From Dimorphilus gyrociliatus (taxonomy: Eukaryota > Animalia > Annelida), in the NCBI GenBank assembly GCA_904063045.1, contig CAJFCJ010000003.1, positions 2,962,504 through 3,026,503 on the forward strand: DNA of 64,000 bases. The letters are read 5' to 3'. Below, one piece after another: positions 39,801 through 53,500 of this stretch. A model generated the notes under the pieces. The model was not told the DNA's origin. It worked only from the letters and a program-made list of their open reading frames with translations, and made no database searches. The position numbers and the translations under genes are program-made. Positions within the stretch are counted from its first letter, which is position 1. The number at the start of each line of letters is the position of its first letter.

Positions 39801-42205
39801 CCTCAACCAACAAGGTGTGAACATAACCTTTTACGGCAAATTATCTCTTTACTTCAGTATGTTTTAGTTCTGCACATAATTATACATGGTTTGAGATGTA
39901 AAAAGGGAAACTATAAGCCTAAAGAGATATTGGAATAAAGAAATTTTTTCATAAAAAAAAAACGAGACAAAGGATAGGAGAATGATATAAATTTGCATTG
40001 AAGATATGAAAGTATAGAGTATATATTAGAATATATACCTTTGCATAAATTTATGCAAATTATGTTACATTATATTTATATTTTACATCTATTTTTACAA
40101 ATTGAAATGTTCATCCATCTATAATTTCAGTTTATTTAGAGTTTATTATCCTTTTTTTTTAGATGTTTCTATATACAATCGGATTTTTTCTTACAAGTTA
40201 ATCGGGATTACAAACAGAAGGTAGCGGTTGTTTTCCTTTCTCTTTTAAACACTAGCTTAAGAGGCGAGAAAATTGATACTTGTAGTGTTTGGCTCGTTAT
40301 ATATTTCGAATGGGGAAAGGTAAGGCTAAAGAGCTACTTGAACAGAGATGAACTTAGCAACTAGCCTAGTTAATTTCAATTTAATACTACCAAAAATTTA
40401 ATATTCTTAATCAACTGATGCTGGTGAACACCTCTATGTTCTACATAAAATTGATTAAACATTAAATCTTGCAGCAGTTTAAGTAGGTTTAGCGGGTATT
40501 AGCTAAATAATATATGCTTTTTATTGATTATTACACGTAGGGTTTTCAGATTTTTGAAAGGAAATACTTCAAGTACTTTTTATATAACGAGAACTGAATA
40601 GTGAGACACTTTCTAACTTATTTAGTATCAAAAGCTACATATTTTTGTTTAGTGATGGTATATTCACTTTGATAATCTAAAAATTGTGATATAGAAAGAA
40701 AATGACAAGAGAAAAGATAAAATGTTTACTAATGACATCCTATTGCAGTTGTTAGGCCTATAATGTCAATTCGTCTTGTTACACCGAATGGTTGTGACAG
40801 TTAAGAATTTATGTGTTGTTATAAAGATTTGACAGGTATTTAATTCTAGTTTGTATGACAATTAAAGATTCGAACATTTAAAGTCATTGGTTATCTTTTC
40901 CTTCAGTTGGATATATTGTAGTCGTAATTATTATCAGCTCTATTATCATTATAATATTAATAATAATAATTACTATTATGGTTAATATTGTTATTATTAT
41001 TGTTGCTATAATTATTATTACATATACATACATACAAATATATTCCTTTTTTTCTTGTTATTTATATTAATCACCATAGATACTGAGTTGGTTTTTCAGA
41101 TATTCAACTAAATACCACATGTTGTAAATATTTAAAATAGGCAAACACTCACAGATGGATGAAATCGTACAATGCATTGAAAGCTATATTATTTCCTTTA
41201 TTTTATTTATCTAAGCGTAAAATAGACGCGCATCACCGAAAATTTGATAAATATCAATCTCAACTGTTTCTCTCTATCTCTATCTTTTCACACGCTTTAG
41301 TCAATTCTTCTATCTTTTCTCCCATTTCTTATTTTCTATCCCCAAAACAGTATTCCCCTGTCTTTACCTCTGTCTCTTTTTATATCCATCTGTCTTGGTA
41401 GCTAGATCGATAGGAAAAACAACTTTTCCATTATCTTTTGTATTATTATTGAGTATTTTCTTGCAGTTAAAGAAAAGTAAAAGAGAAAAGAGGAGGAAAT
41501 CATCTTTTGTTCAAGGATCTAATCTGTAGAGAAAGCAAAAGGAAAAAGGAATGACTCTAATCTTATCTGCTTGTAATTCCAATAATCGATGCACTATCCA
41601 GCAACAAACATCATCTGTAATCTGTTATTTTCGATTAGATTTTTACGAGGTTTTCTTTAGAAAAAAGTTTTCTAAACGCTGAACGATGTTCTTGTTTAAT
41701 GGACACTATGCTCTATTTTTTTTTTTCATTGCAGTTGCGGTTGGTGTTTCAATGAAAAAATTAGGTGATTCGAGAGGATAAGAGCCTCTTGAGGCTAAAG
41801 ATTTTATTTAAGTTTTCAATCTATAAATAGTCCCAGATTACGGATAGCCTAATATTTAATACCTAAAAGTGCTAACGTGAATATACAAACCTCAGAGCCC
41901 ATGAACCAACGAGTTGTTACTTCATTTACAGCCGCCAGCGGCATGACGAGCGAAGCGACCATGAGATCGGCAAAGGCGAGCGACGCCACTAAATAATTGT
42001 TAACGCAACGCAAATTCCTTTCGAGAGTGACGGCAGCGATGACAAAGACATTTCCAACGACTGTTGACAAAATTATAAGGCCTAGAACGATTGCTGTGAC
42101 GAGAAGGTGAGGCAAGCTGTGGATGGCAATGGGAGCGGAAGAGTCGTTAGAGGAAGCGTTATTCTCAAACACACTCCAATTATGTCCAACGGCACGCCAA
42201 CCCAT
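36815..42205 (-). CDS. 5-HT1-type serotonin receptor, 3 coding exons, ~362 aa
   Basis: Exons 42205-41891, 37789-37390 and 37188-36815. Aminergic hallmarks: GNVFV (TM1), SLAFADLMVA (TM2), WISFDVLCCTSSILHL with D3.32, DRY, SQDLGYTVFSTFGAFYLP (5-HT1-type TM5), KRERKAARTL, CWLPFF, WLGYANSLLNPVIY, and a short C-tail FRHAFRKILFGKY. The intron 2 boundaries (37389-37189) are inferred from frame: all three frames across this gap contain stops. Confidence 0.92.
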
Positions 42206-42655
42206 TAATTAATCGGCTGTGGCAGTGCTCCGTTCGTCCTGATTTCTTGTCAATTAAATAATAGTATAATTGTTAAAAGAACGGCTATTATGCTCCAAAG
42301 TGTTCCAATGAAGTAGAAATTTACCAAATTTGGACTTTACATTAGCAAGTTTCAACAGACTACAATGCATAATACCGGAAGATGAAGCATGTTGAACAAT
42401 AAAAAATATTAAGCTTAATTACCTTGGAAGTAATCTCTTTTTTAATTGGAGGATGAAAATCGGGATGGAAGAGTGGTCGCTTAATCAAATTTTCAACTTG
42501 ATTACCTTTTAAATAAATCTTCAGATAAGAATTGTTCAAATACTTTACTATTCACTATTTCATGGAATTACATCCAAATTCTTCCATCATTCATACTCAA
42601 TCGGCTTCCGCGTACAAACTGAACAAGCGCGAGGAGGCGCCAGCTGGTGAAATTG

Positions 42656-42678
42656 TGACGTCAGCTCTGTTGACGTCA
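42656..42678. promoter_or_regulatory. Two perfect cAMP-response elements (TGACGTCA at 42656-42663 and 42671-42678) in a CpG-rich patch upstream of the 5-HT1 receptor
   Basis: Both palindromes are read directly from the sequence. Also nearby: CAGCTG (E-box) within a CTCF-like TCACCAGCTGGCGC (42650-42637, minus strand) and an Inr-like TCAGTT (42622-42617, minus strand). Confidence 0.6.
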
Positions 42679-44180
42679 TACTTGCCACCGAAATCAAAAA
42701 GCGCGACGACATGCAACATTTAAGAAGCAATCACCGGCAGAGACGGCTTCCAAATCAAATATAAACGCGCCGACTGCAAACATTATTCCGTTTGTAGTCG
42801 GTTCCAATTCCGTGAGCAATGGAGTGAGAATCAGTAAATGTATACACATAAGACACACACAATGATATAAGGTTTATCAATAAAATACATATCTATATCT
42901 ATCCATGTACGCATATATATACAATGACATTTATATATATACATACACATATATATATATATATACTGTATATAACAGTATGTATACCAATATCTGCTTT
43001 CTTTCTCACTCTTTCTTTCCTTCATTCTCTTGCTCTTTGTTACTTTCTTCCTTCTCGTTTTCTCGATTAATGTGTGCAAGCTTGTCGCTACAGTAAAAGG
43101 AGACAGCATATGTAAAGTGACTTGCTATACGAAGTTTTGTTTATAGAGAAGCATAAAAGAAAATAAATGAATATTCAAGCAATGTATACATGTGAGGTTT
43201 TGTTTCAAAGAGAAAACATAAAAATGTAAAGTATTATAAATATTACAAGTTGAGGGAGAAATACCTAAGTTTAAAAGCCAAATGATTGACGTTGATTTAG
43301 CTTTTTAATGTATCGAAAGTATCAAAGCCTAGAGTTTAAGAAAACATTAGTCCTTGAAATGTAAAATATGCTCTTTGATACATAAAAAATATCTGAAATA
43401 AAAATATAGGCATTGTTTGTAGAAATATAAAGAGTGTAGTATATATATATTACAATATATCTATATATATATATACATCATGCTACTGTGTGTATAGTCG
43501 AGCGGACCGCAGAATTGAGTTAGTAGGCGAGAAATTTATCTTGACGCGACCGTCCTAAAACCGAAAGCACGCGCTCCAATGCAAGAATCGATGCACGAAA
43601 AAAAATTTCGACGCTGAGTCGACGTCGCATCGATTCGCTTATTCGAGCAGGAAAGAGTCGCCTTATAGATAAGGCAATAAAGTGAATGCGTCGCTAGATT
43701 TTCTTCACTCCTCCCGTTTTATCCACCCTTTTATATTGTTCTGAATTCCGATCACGTGTGTTTTTTCTTTTCGTCACTAGATGGGGCGCAATATGTTTAT
43801 AGTATTGGGAGAAATCTAGGCTATTTTTTCATATCAAGTGAATCAGATAGTTTACTTTTTAAAAGTCTAAAAACTTTATTATCAACTTTTATAACGTTGA
43901 AGAGAGAAACATCATCAAATTTTACTCTTACTATATTAATTTAAGTAAATTTCTTTCCTCAATATGCTATAAAAGGCGTAACTAAATTGACATAAAATTT
44001 TATAATACAATTACAAAGCACGCTTTCCGCCTTCCAATTAAATCTGAAAGAATTAATAATTTACCGAATAAAATTTAAGAAAACCTGTAAAATGTTAGTA
44101 TATAGACTTAATTAAATTATATTAAATATTATAGGATTTTATAAGAAAATTATACATATATCCTACAGCCTTTCTACTTC

Positions 44181-44220
44181 TCTCTCTTTCTCTCTTTCTC
44201 TCTTTCTCTCTTTCTCTCTT
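44181..44220. repeat. (TCTCTCTT)5 tandem repeat
   Basis: Five exact 8-bp units. Confidence 0.95.
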
Positions 44221-45850
44221 TCTTTAGCGGATGTCGATCGTGCAAAAGAAAACAAGAAGGTGAAAGACAAAGTAACTTTTTCTCTTTCTTCTGTAGATGT
44301 TTGAAATACAAAGTTTATTCTTTTTCGTTTTAAAGCAAAACTAGTTGCTGAATGAAATATTTATGGAAAATACACCGTTTCTTACTGAAAGAGAATAAAA
44401 GCAATTTGAATAGTCTTACAAATAAATTCATATTCTATAAAAGGTGTCCTTAATTCAATTTGTTGCTTCTAAGATTAACCCGAATTATTAGCAGGTCATG
44501 TTCAAAGTCAATATAAACATATATATTAATTTTGTGCAATCTACATATATAAAACATGTGTATATATCTATTTGCATAGAAAACATTTGCAGTTTATAAA
44601 GAAATAGAAGGCGTTTGCTAATAAGAAGCACACGAATAGCATCAAAAGTCTATTAAAAAATCTTCAATCTTTATTAGAAGAGAGAGAGAAAAAAAGAGAA
44701 GAGGAAGAAAAGTGTCTTACGACTTTTTCGTAATTAATTTCTTCCTTTAATACATACTCTATACCAGTATATATACCTGAAGAATACAAATATATATATA
44801 TATATATATACATAATAGTAATAATAATAGTAATAATAACAATAATAATAGACCATTTATAATAAATATAATACTTAATATTAATTTTTATTTCAAACGT
44901 TTTCTGTCTCTTATTAATTTTTTATCTTGAACATGCTTTTTAATTGTTTTAATACTTTATTATCTTTGGTTATGAGCCCTATCTGATTTAAGATTTATTC
45001 ATAACATAAATTTTTAATGTTACTCTTACGTACGTATTTTGTCGTTTAATGGACAAAGCTTGCGTGATATGTCTACTATATACGATATTTTATACAATGG
45101 CCATGAAAAAGACGAAATACTAGTAGGAAGAGAAAGAAAAGAGCACTTTATTATACGAATTTATGAGAGTACAGTGAATATTCTATAAAAGAAATTTCTA
45201 TGAATAAAAATAAGGTGTTAAGAAATGTGTCTTTCATGCATCATCTCATTTTATATTCAAATAATTTTTGCGAGATCATCTCTTGAAGGCGTCTTCATTT
45301 TCAAAGTGAAAACAACTCAATCTGTAAACATCGTCATAGGGTCTATATTTAAAAAGAAAACATTCAAAGTTCTCTGATGAGAGCGAGAGAGGGGCGTCTT
45401 TTCATATTGACTACCATAATTAGGGATGATATTAGTATCAGTTAAAGGGGAAAAACAAAACGGTAGAAAGGAGGGAAAGAATAAAAAAATAGGGTTGAAA
45501 AGGGGAAAAGAAGTGGAAAATCAGAACTTAAGATAGATAGAAAGAAGTCGTTAGTACATCAATTTCGACTGTTTCGACCGCATTGCACTGGGTTAGTGTA
45601 AATACTGTTAGGCCTACGTATGATATAAAGAAGTCAATAGCTATTGACTTTTAGAGTGGTTCAGGCATTGCTGTGACCCGTTTCTAATGTGTCAAAATGA
45701 AAAATTCCCACTGACAAGTGGTAAAATTTTAATATATGAAGTTGTTCGTAAAAAAACGAGGCCAAATTAACTTATTCTTCTCTTCTTTCTATAAAATGTA
45801 TTAATTATAAAATATTAATACAATCAAATATTTCATATATATATATATAA

Positions 45851-45854
<4 letters not shown>

Positions 45855-45901
<47 letters not shown>
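45855..45901. repeat. (AT)n microsatellite
   Basis: Perfect AT run. Confidence 0.95.
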
Positions 45902-45905
<4 letters not shown>

Positions 45906-48900
45906 TATATACAGCAAACATATATATATGTATATGTATATGTTTATGTCACTATCCATATATTTATATATGCAGCATATGTATATCCATAAGTTCGTAT
46001 AGATATTCTAGCGCTTGCTTATGTATACCATAACCCATCTATAAAGTTGTCTGTATTTATCAATACATTAGTATTTACTGAAAATTGACAAATTTGGCAA
46101 GCATCTTTTCACTATGAAAATATCATCAGTTGCATTTTACTCGTTTTACCGTACCTTTTTACAGCTGTATAAATGTAAGCTGCAATTAGCTTACCAAGAT
46201 TATATAGCAGACAAAATGAAAGGTCAAAAATCACGTTACTCTATACAAACAGGCCATACAGCTACAAATTACCTTACAGACGATTCGTGCCAAATCTAGT
46301 TTTCACCCTATGGAATATCAAACAGAAATTAATACATAATACAGACATGTATTCACCTTTTCAACAAGCTTACTTAGATGTACTAAGAGGAGTTTCTTTT
46401 ACGGCATTGTAAGAAAGTGTATTTTTTCCGTAATTACTTCCTCCATTTTATTTTAAATACATAACTGAAAATAATCTCTCTGTGCTCTGTACGTGTCTAA
46501 GTAACAAAAGAGCATCTACTTAGTAATGGGGGTCACGTAGCCGATCAGACTCTTTCAACCAATCATCAAAAATTTGTGTAACGATAAAACATGTGTAGTA
46601 TAATTTTCTTAAGAACAATGTTAATTCTTTTCAGGTCAATTACAAGAATAGTAGAGTAGTTAAACCAATAGGGAATTTGAAATTCATTTTGCCAGTGAAA
46701 GAAGGATTGGTGGTTCTTTATAAGGATTCAACATTGACCTTTTATTTGATGTTTCCCTAGAATTGAAAATCCGTGGAAGATGTAAACATATTGGAAAGAA
46801 TTAACGCCGTCTTCCTCTAGTAATTTGATTTCATGGCAGTATGAGACGTAGAGATGGAGAAAAAGAGGCGTAAAGAAAAAAAAACCAAACTTTTTTTTTT
46901 TGTTTGATTTAACTTTCCAGTCTAAAATTGCCTGCAAGAGATAGTTTTATTCTCTTCTCTATCTAAAGGAAGTAATAATAATAATAATAAATCTATTTAC
47001 TGTATTTCTATGCGTAACCTTTAATAATTTATATAAGTATTGGTCCCTTTTTCTTTAACGTGTTTAATATTATCTATTAGGTATGAGATACGAAAAAGGT
47101 TTTATGTAAGATAATTCATATAGTTTTTACAATAGAAAAGTTTATCTACTAAATTAATGAAATTTTCTGCTTATTTAATGATAAATTACCAAACAGAATT
47201 TTTTTAGACATTTCCAAATTAAATCTTGATTTTTGATCAATCATTTGTGTTAATCTATATATTTTTATCCCAAATAAGGAGTAATGCAGCCCCTAATAAC
47301 ATTATCTAATCTAACCCTAAATTAGGCCTCAACCCACCCAATAATTCTCCAACGTGGCCAATTAACAAACAAATAAAAAATGACCGAGTTAAGACTTGGT
47401 AAAAAACGGAAAACCAAGTTAAGGCATGGTTAAGATTCGAGAAAGGAAACAGTCGACAATGATGTATTTTTTATTCTAAAATGCTTTATATCCGTAATAT
47501 TTATAGGTTTTTTATATACTATAACTTTATATTATATTTTTACAAAGTAGAAATCAGTGACTATCTCTTATAACAAAAAAACCTAATTTAAGATATGGAC
47601 TTGATACTTACTTTTTTTGTCGGATAAATTACTTAGCTTAAACGGATCGTGTTCTTGTAATTAAAACCAATAACAACCGGTAAAAGAATAATTCAATTTT
47701 TTTTCATCACATGCTATTATAAAGAATATTTATTAAAAGCCAAAAGAATATAGGAAGAAAGAGTACAGGCATATACTGTATACACTTATATATATATACT
47801 GTATATACATACACCTTTTAAGAAAATTTTGTCAACGTTCAAACTACTTAATATGAAAATATATCATTTTCAGCCATCTAAATCATAGCTAAAAGGGATA
47901 TTTATGCAATAGCAAGTATTGTAGCATTTAGTAACAAAATAGTATAATTAAGAGGGAATATTTTTAAATGTCCCCAAGTTATTTAGAGCATAGTGTTGTG
48001 GGTAGCAAAATTTTTTTTTCTTTTATTTTTAGGATGTTTGTGAAGGGACAAGATTACTTTTTTCTCCTTCCATGCATATTTCATTAATCAATATTTTCTC
48101 ATAAGAATTTCATCTATGTTTTAGTCAATCAAAATTGATATAGATATAATATTGGATGGTGTGGTATCAATGTTTTTTTGTATAGTTTCTAGTGGTTCTC
48201 TAAAATCGTTAATTTCTTATATCGAATATAAAACGTTTAAAGTACCATTAGCTGTTTTTTTGGTAATTATTCCATTAGTGAAAGATTTTCCTTTTTTCAT
48301 CTTTTCCCTAATCATTCAAAAGTAGCGTTAATATATATTTTCACGTAAATATTATATTAGTCCAGTTATAAGAATTGAATATTTATATACAAATATAAAT
48401 TTATACTTATATTTATATTTATTTGCTCTCCTCATCTATCCGAAAGATGGCGAGGATCTTCTTTTTCCTTATTTCCTTTTCTTATTACCTTTTTTATTAT
48501 TAAGAAAATTTGCTCCCAGTTTGTTTGAGTTGACCCGCAGGCAAATTTGAATTGAATTCTGACAGTGAGCGTTCTATAATTCAGGACGTGTATTTTTACA
48601 ACAAGTAGAGTGGAGCGTTGATTTCCTTCCACTCTAATCGTCACGTTGCAGCTAATAAAACACCTAAATTATAAATTAAGACTTAAAAATATCTTAGCAT
48701 TAAAGTAGAGAAAACGTTATCAATTTATTTACTACCTGGAAACGCTTCCTTTAAAATATAAACATATGAACGAATGTAATACATATGCCAAACACGATAT
48801 CACGTAAACTAATACGACTAATACTAGTATACTTACCTAAGCAATAAATACGGCCACAAGCAAATTTACGTTATTTATTCCAAGGAAATTTCTCCTGGCT

Positions 48901-49879
48901 TAACCATATCATTTTTTAATTTATCTTTTATTTCTATTTCCTATTTTATATTTATATACATAGACATAAACCTATCATATATACAATATAAGAATATATG
49001 ATTTTGGAATATTGCCAATATTGAATTTAAACTATTATAGATATATACACTTTGTTTACATACGTATACATTTTTATATTTACACACTGTCTGTTGGTAC
49101 TAAATAGCTGCACACACCATATACATATATACTAATATATACATATATATACAGTATATACTGTATATATAGATTCGTGACGCTTTTTCAACAAATTCAT
49201 TTGTAGATGGTGCATTTCTCAGCTAAACACTTCCTCCAAGAGATATTATTAATTTATTAAAATACTTTTGTGTGACATGTAAGTCAACATATATCTTAAC
49301 CCTTACTGAAAACTCATCTTAATCTCTAAAGTTATTCTCTGAATCTCCTAAGCCCATTCCTAAGATTTAGGGCAAACTTACCATAAAAAAATGACGGCCT
49401 GGAAAACGAACTAATACCATATATATCGTATCGTTATACATATATATATATTTAAGAATATACAGTAGTTAACATATTAGTTACCTATTTTTAGACGCCT
49501 ATTACATCATTATTATAATGCATAGCAAGTTAACTCATGAACGTTTGTTAAAAAATAATGTATAGTCATTATAAAGGAGAGAATGATAGAGAGAGAAAGA
49601 GACATGCTATTCCCACATATCAATATTTAATTGTATACGTATGTTTATGTGTGTATCGTTAGAAAAGAATGGAGGAAAAGATATACAGAGTAGAAAAGAG
49701 AACGAAAGAAGATGTACATATGTACTTCCATACTATGCTTCCATTTGGAATAGTCCTATAAATGATAGATGTCAGTATGAAAATAGAAAAGCATTCACTT
49801 ATTTTCCCACATTTAGAAGCTTCTGTTATTTCACGTTACCTCCTTGGAAAGCTGCACGATTATGAAAAAAATGATTAAG

Positions 49880-50560
49880 AGGATTTTCCAACCAAGTTAA
49901 CTGTAGTATTCAGATAAGTTTGTTTTTGTTCCTAGGTCTTTTCTCTGCAATTTCTTCTGCATAATTCCCCTTATATGCTCAATTGGATTTAGATGTGGAG
50001 AATTGCTAGTCTGGTCCAGAAAATTGAACTCCTTATCCTTAAAAACCACTACTTAATGGACTTTGGTATTCTATAAGCAGTGTTATCGTGCTGAAAGATA
50101 ACTTTCGTCGACTGCTATCATGAAATTTGATAGAAAACCTTTGATAGTTTATTCAATGTGGCATCATGTTGGAATTTAGCTAACAATTCTATCTAATGAT
50201 CCAGAAGCGCCATGTATAACACCGATTATACATATAGAATGGAAAAATATCGAAACAGAGAGAGAAACTTAAAATTTACCAAAATTAGGTCAACTTCATT
50301 CAGATGATATGTCGATATGTGAAATTCGTTCAAGATTTTTTTTTTATATCACAACTTTTTATCCATCTTCGTAGGCTGTTTTCATGCTTAGTCAATCATC
50401 ACTCGTAATTGGTTGACAAACCAGGTTTAATTTTTAAAATAACTTTTCTACGTATTCATTACATTAAGTTTAGACAAAGAGCTAGCTGTTTATTCTGAAA
50501 TATTCACATCATGTGATCTATTTAGTTCACTCGTTACCTCCACTGATGACTTAGCATATT
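49880..50560 (-). mobile_element. Decayed Tc1/mariner (Tc1 DD34E-like) transposase remnant
   Basis: Minus-strand translation with stops and frameshifts gives SSVEVTSELNRSHDVNISE*TA (~50550-50480, HTH region), KPGLST (~50428), IFQHDNTAY...K*WF (50099-~50045, second catalytic D) and NFLDQTSNSPHLNPIEHIRGIMQKKL (~50025-49945, the SPDLNPIE motif). The D-to-E distance is 107 nt, i.e. D34E (105 nt) plus a frameshift. Terminus-like TA|CAGTTGAA (minus strand, 50700-50691) and TA|CAGGGATGTTT (minus strand, 50840-50828) lie upstream; I found no partner TIR. Confidence 0.82.
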
Positions 50561-53500
50561 CCTAAGAATGCTTTGTTTAATACATCAATACTTATTACAA
50601 ACAACCTATTTTTCTATACAAATAAGAAATAATCAAGAACAATTTAAGAAATGAATAATCATGTAAGCATTATTCATATCTCAATCTAAATTCAACTGTA
50701 TCGTTATAATAAGTCATGTATTTGTTCACATCTAAAAATCCCCTACAATAATACTCCATTATCGCTCAATTAACATTTCGTTCTACTTAATTTAACAACG
50801 ATAAACTATAAAGCTATTTCAACATTTAAACATCCCTGTAACGGGTTGAAGCTAAAAAGTAAAAATACTATACTAATTAGTGAAGTAAAAAAAAATTGTC
50901 AATAAAAAAAAGGGAAAGTCCTTCAAGAAAACTACCAGTATGGTTACGTAATGGTGCAACGGAAACAACCAAACCAGGGTAATTTTTAATTAACATGATC
51001 AATCTCTTTCCCGCCAAAACCAAAAGAAAAAAAAAGACTAAATTTTATATAAAGAAATATTAATGAACTTTTTATTAGTTGATAAATGGAATATAGAAAG
51101 TCCCTAAGGTCAATAATTTTGAACTTGCGTAATAATAAATTGAATAAGAGAATTCCCTATTTAAATATAACAAAGTCTAAGGAAATATCATATAAATGAA
51201 AAAACTTATACGGTTAGTATAATAAAGTAAATAATAATAATAATAATAATAATGATACTAAAAGGAAAGATAAGAATATACTTATGGGATAAAAGACAAA
51301 ATTTTCAACAATAACAAAAAGATCTCTCTATCTAAGAGGTTTTTTCGCCCCCGATCATGGTTTCCCTTTCACTTTGCCTTCCTATTTTTCTCTCTGTAAT
51401 TTAGATAAACAACTAATATAGAGGCTTAATAAATAAAGTCTTATGCATAATGTATATATTACTCATATTTATATACAAGTATATATATTGCATATATTCC
51501 TAATTACACCATATATCCTCATAAAGACATTTTACTCTAACAATGACTTTAAAAGAACTTTTTAATTATTTATTAAAATTAATATGACTTAATTAAGTTT
51601 TCATTAAGCCAATTTGTTTATTTAAGTTTAACAGGAAAAAGGGAAAATACAAAAAGTGGTTGGTAATCTAACGTCATTTTATAAATAATTTCGCTTTTCA
51701 GATAATGTCTTTAAAACCTTTTAAAAGTTTTACGGCTCAGTATTAATAATTTGTTTCTATGTTTATTTTTTTCGCTTCTCTCTTAAACTCTTTTTTTTTT
51801 AAAAGAACTGCAATTTCTTTTAATATCAGCTGTTTATTGACTCATGTCAACGTTTACAAATTACAAAAAAAAGCCGTCTATTACCAACTTCCTGCTTAAA
51901 AGTTTCCTTTCCTCCTCCTCCCCTTCTCTCTCTCTCTCTCTCTCTCTCACTCACTCACTCACTCACTTATTCTCTCTCCATCCATCGCCTACCAAAAAAC
52001 GAAAACTTATTTAAAAGATTCGTTTTCATCGCCCAAAAGCAATAATCTGCCAAAATGAATTTACCAAAATCTGACTAAACTGCCTTTTATTTCAATTTAA
52101 AAATAAAATAAAAAATATAATAAAAGTTGTTTGATAGAAAGAACGCTAAAAAAAATAATAAAAGGAGATTGATATAAATCACAAAGAACTGACAGGTATT
52201 CTTCTATGTTTAACAAGTTGCCGACAAGCTCTTTTGAAAGTCGTCTGTGTGAAATGTGAGCAACAATTTCCTTTACATTTCTCTCCTTAATCTAAAATTG
52301 TTTTACAGGCAACGTGACTATCGATTTTGTGTTTACCATCTACACTTAAATGCAGTTTTTATTTCTTAAATAGACATTAGAGAAGTTGGTTTATGTATTA
52401 AAGAGAAGCGAGAAAAATTTTTGACCAATAAAAACAGACAAAACAGTTGCGTAATAAATTTCGACAAGATTTCGTAAACAGTTTTATTCAACGTGGAGTT
52501 ACTTACTTCCTACAGTAAACGTGACCGCACTGCAATATATTTCTACATTCGTTCGTATGTTTCCATTCGTCTTTTACAGTCAAGCGCAGTTTGAGATTGA
52601 AATAGTCGCAATTTTTTACGAGTTCAGTCACTTTGCTTGACAGGAAAGACAAGGTTGATGGCATTTCTTTTTGCAGAAATGTCTCTCTTTACACATCCTT
52701 GCACTTCATTGCGAGCACGCGACTGCCTAAGAAGGGATGACAACCTAATTTCTCGCGAATGATTACCTTTGTGCAACCTCCTTCCGGCCACCGTTTAAAC
52801 TCATAGCCCCACTTACACGAACTCTTTCACCTGGATTGTGATGGTAAATTAACTTCCTACTAATTTTGCCTAAACAAACTTAGCATTTAAAAAGGTCTAA
52901 ACTTTATATGTCCAGGTAAGAGTGAGACCAAACAAAATCCAAATGAAAGGGTTTTCCAACAGTATTCCGAAATGTTAAACTAAAGCAGTGATTGTTTTTT
53001 TTCCTCGGATCATTATCAGGCAGGAATGTTTGTATTTTCCCATTTGCATTCTGATGACACAAGATCATATCCATAAGATATCTGTCACTAACATCTTTCA
53101 CTTTCTCAAAGCTCAGTATTATCTTTCTGGCATTTTCCAATAATTTTCCCATATTTTTTACAATAAGTCCAATTTAGTTCTAATTCCCTGCTTTTCTAGT
53201 ATATAATGCTATGCAATTCTCATGAGGCTTCATGATCTTTTCGTAAGTTGGAAAATTTCCCAAGAACGTCTCCCACAATTTTTCCGCTTTCAAATTGGAC
53301 TATATATTCCGGAATGGAACCGCAGAATTTATATTGGCCATTTATCTATATTATTCAGAAAAAAATCTCCTGTGTTTTTTTTGGTTTCAGAATCACTCTC
53401 GGTCTCTCTCTCCTTCTCTTTCTCACACACACATCAGCTAAATATAGTCTTACAAATATATATAATACAGTATATATATAGCTCTCTATAAATTACTGCA

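Noticed and set aside
45631-45650. Perfect 20-bp palindrome AAGTCAATAGCTATTGACTT
   Set aside because: About 0.3 such palindromes are expected by chance in 64 kb at this composition (rough estimate), and there is no supporting context.
48829-48838. ATACTTACCT, identical to the U1 snRNA 5' end
   Set aside because: The downstream sequence does not resemble U1; it is simply a minus-strand 5' splice-site consensus.
50290-50450. Plus-strand QLHSDDMSIC...GLIFK resembling a LINE reverse-transcriptase YADD region
   Set aside because: No upstream PQG motif and wrong spacing; the region is better explained by the minus-strand Tc1 remnant.
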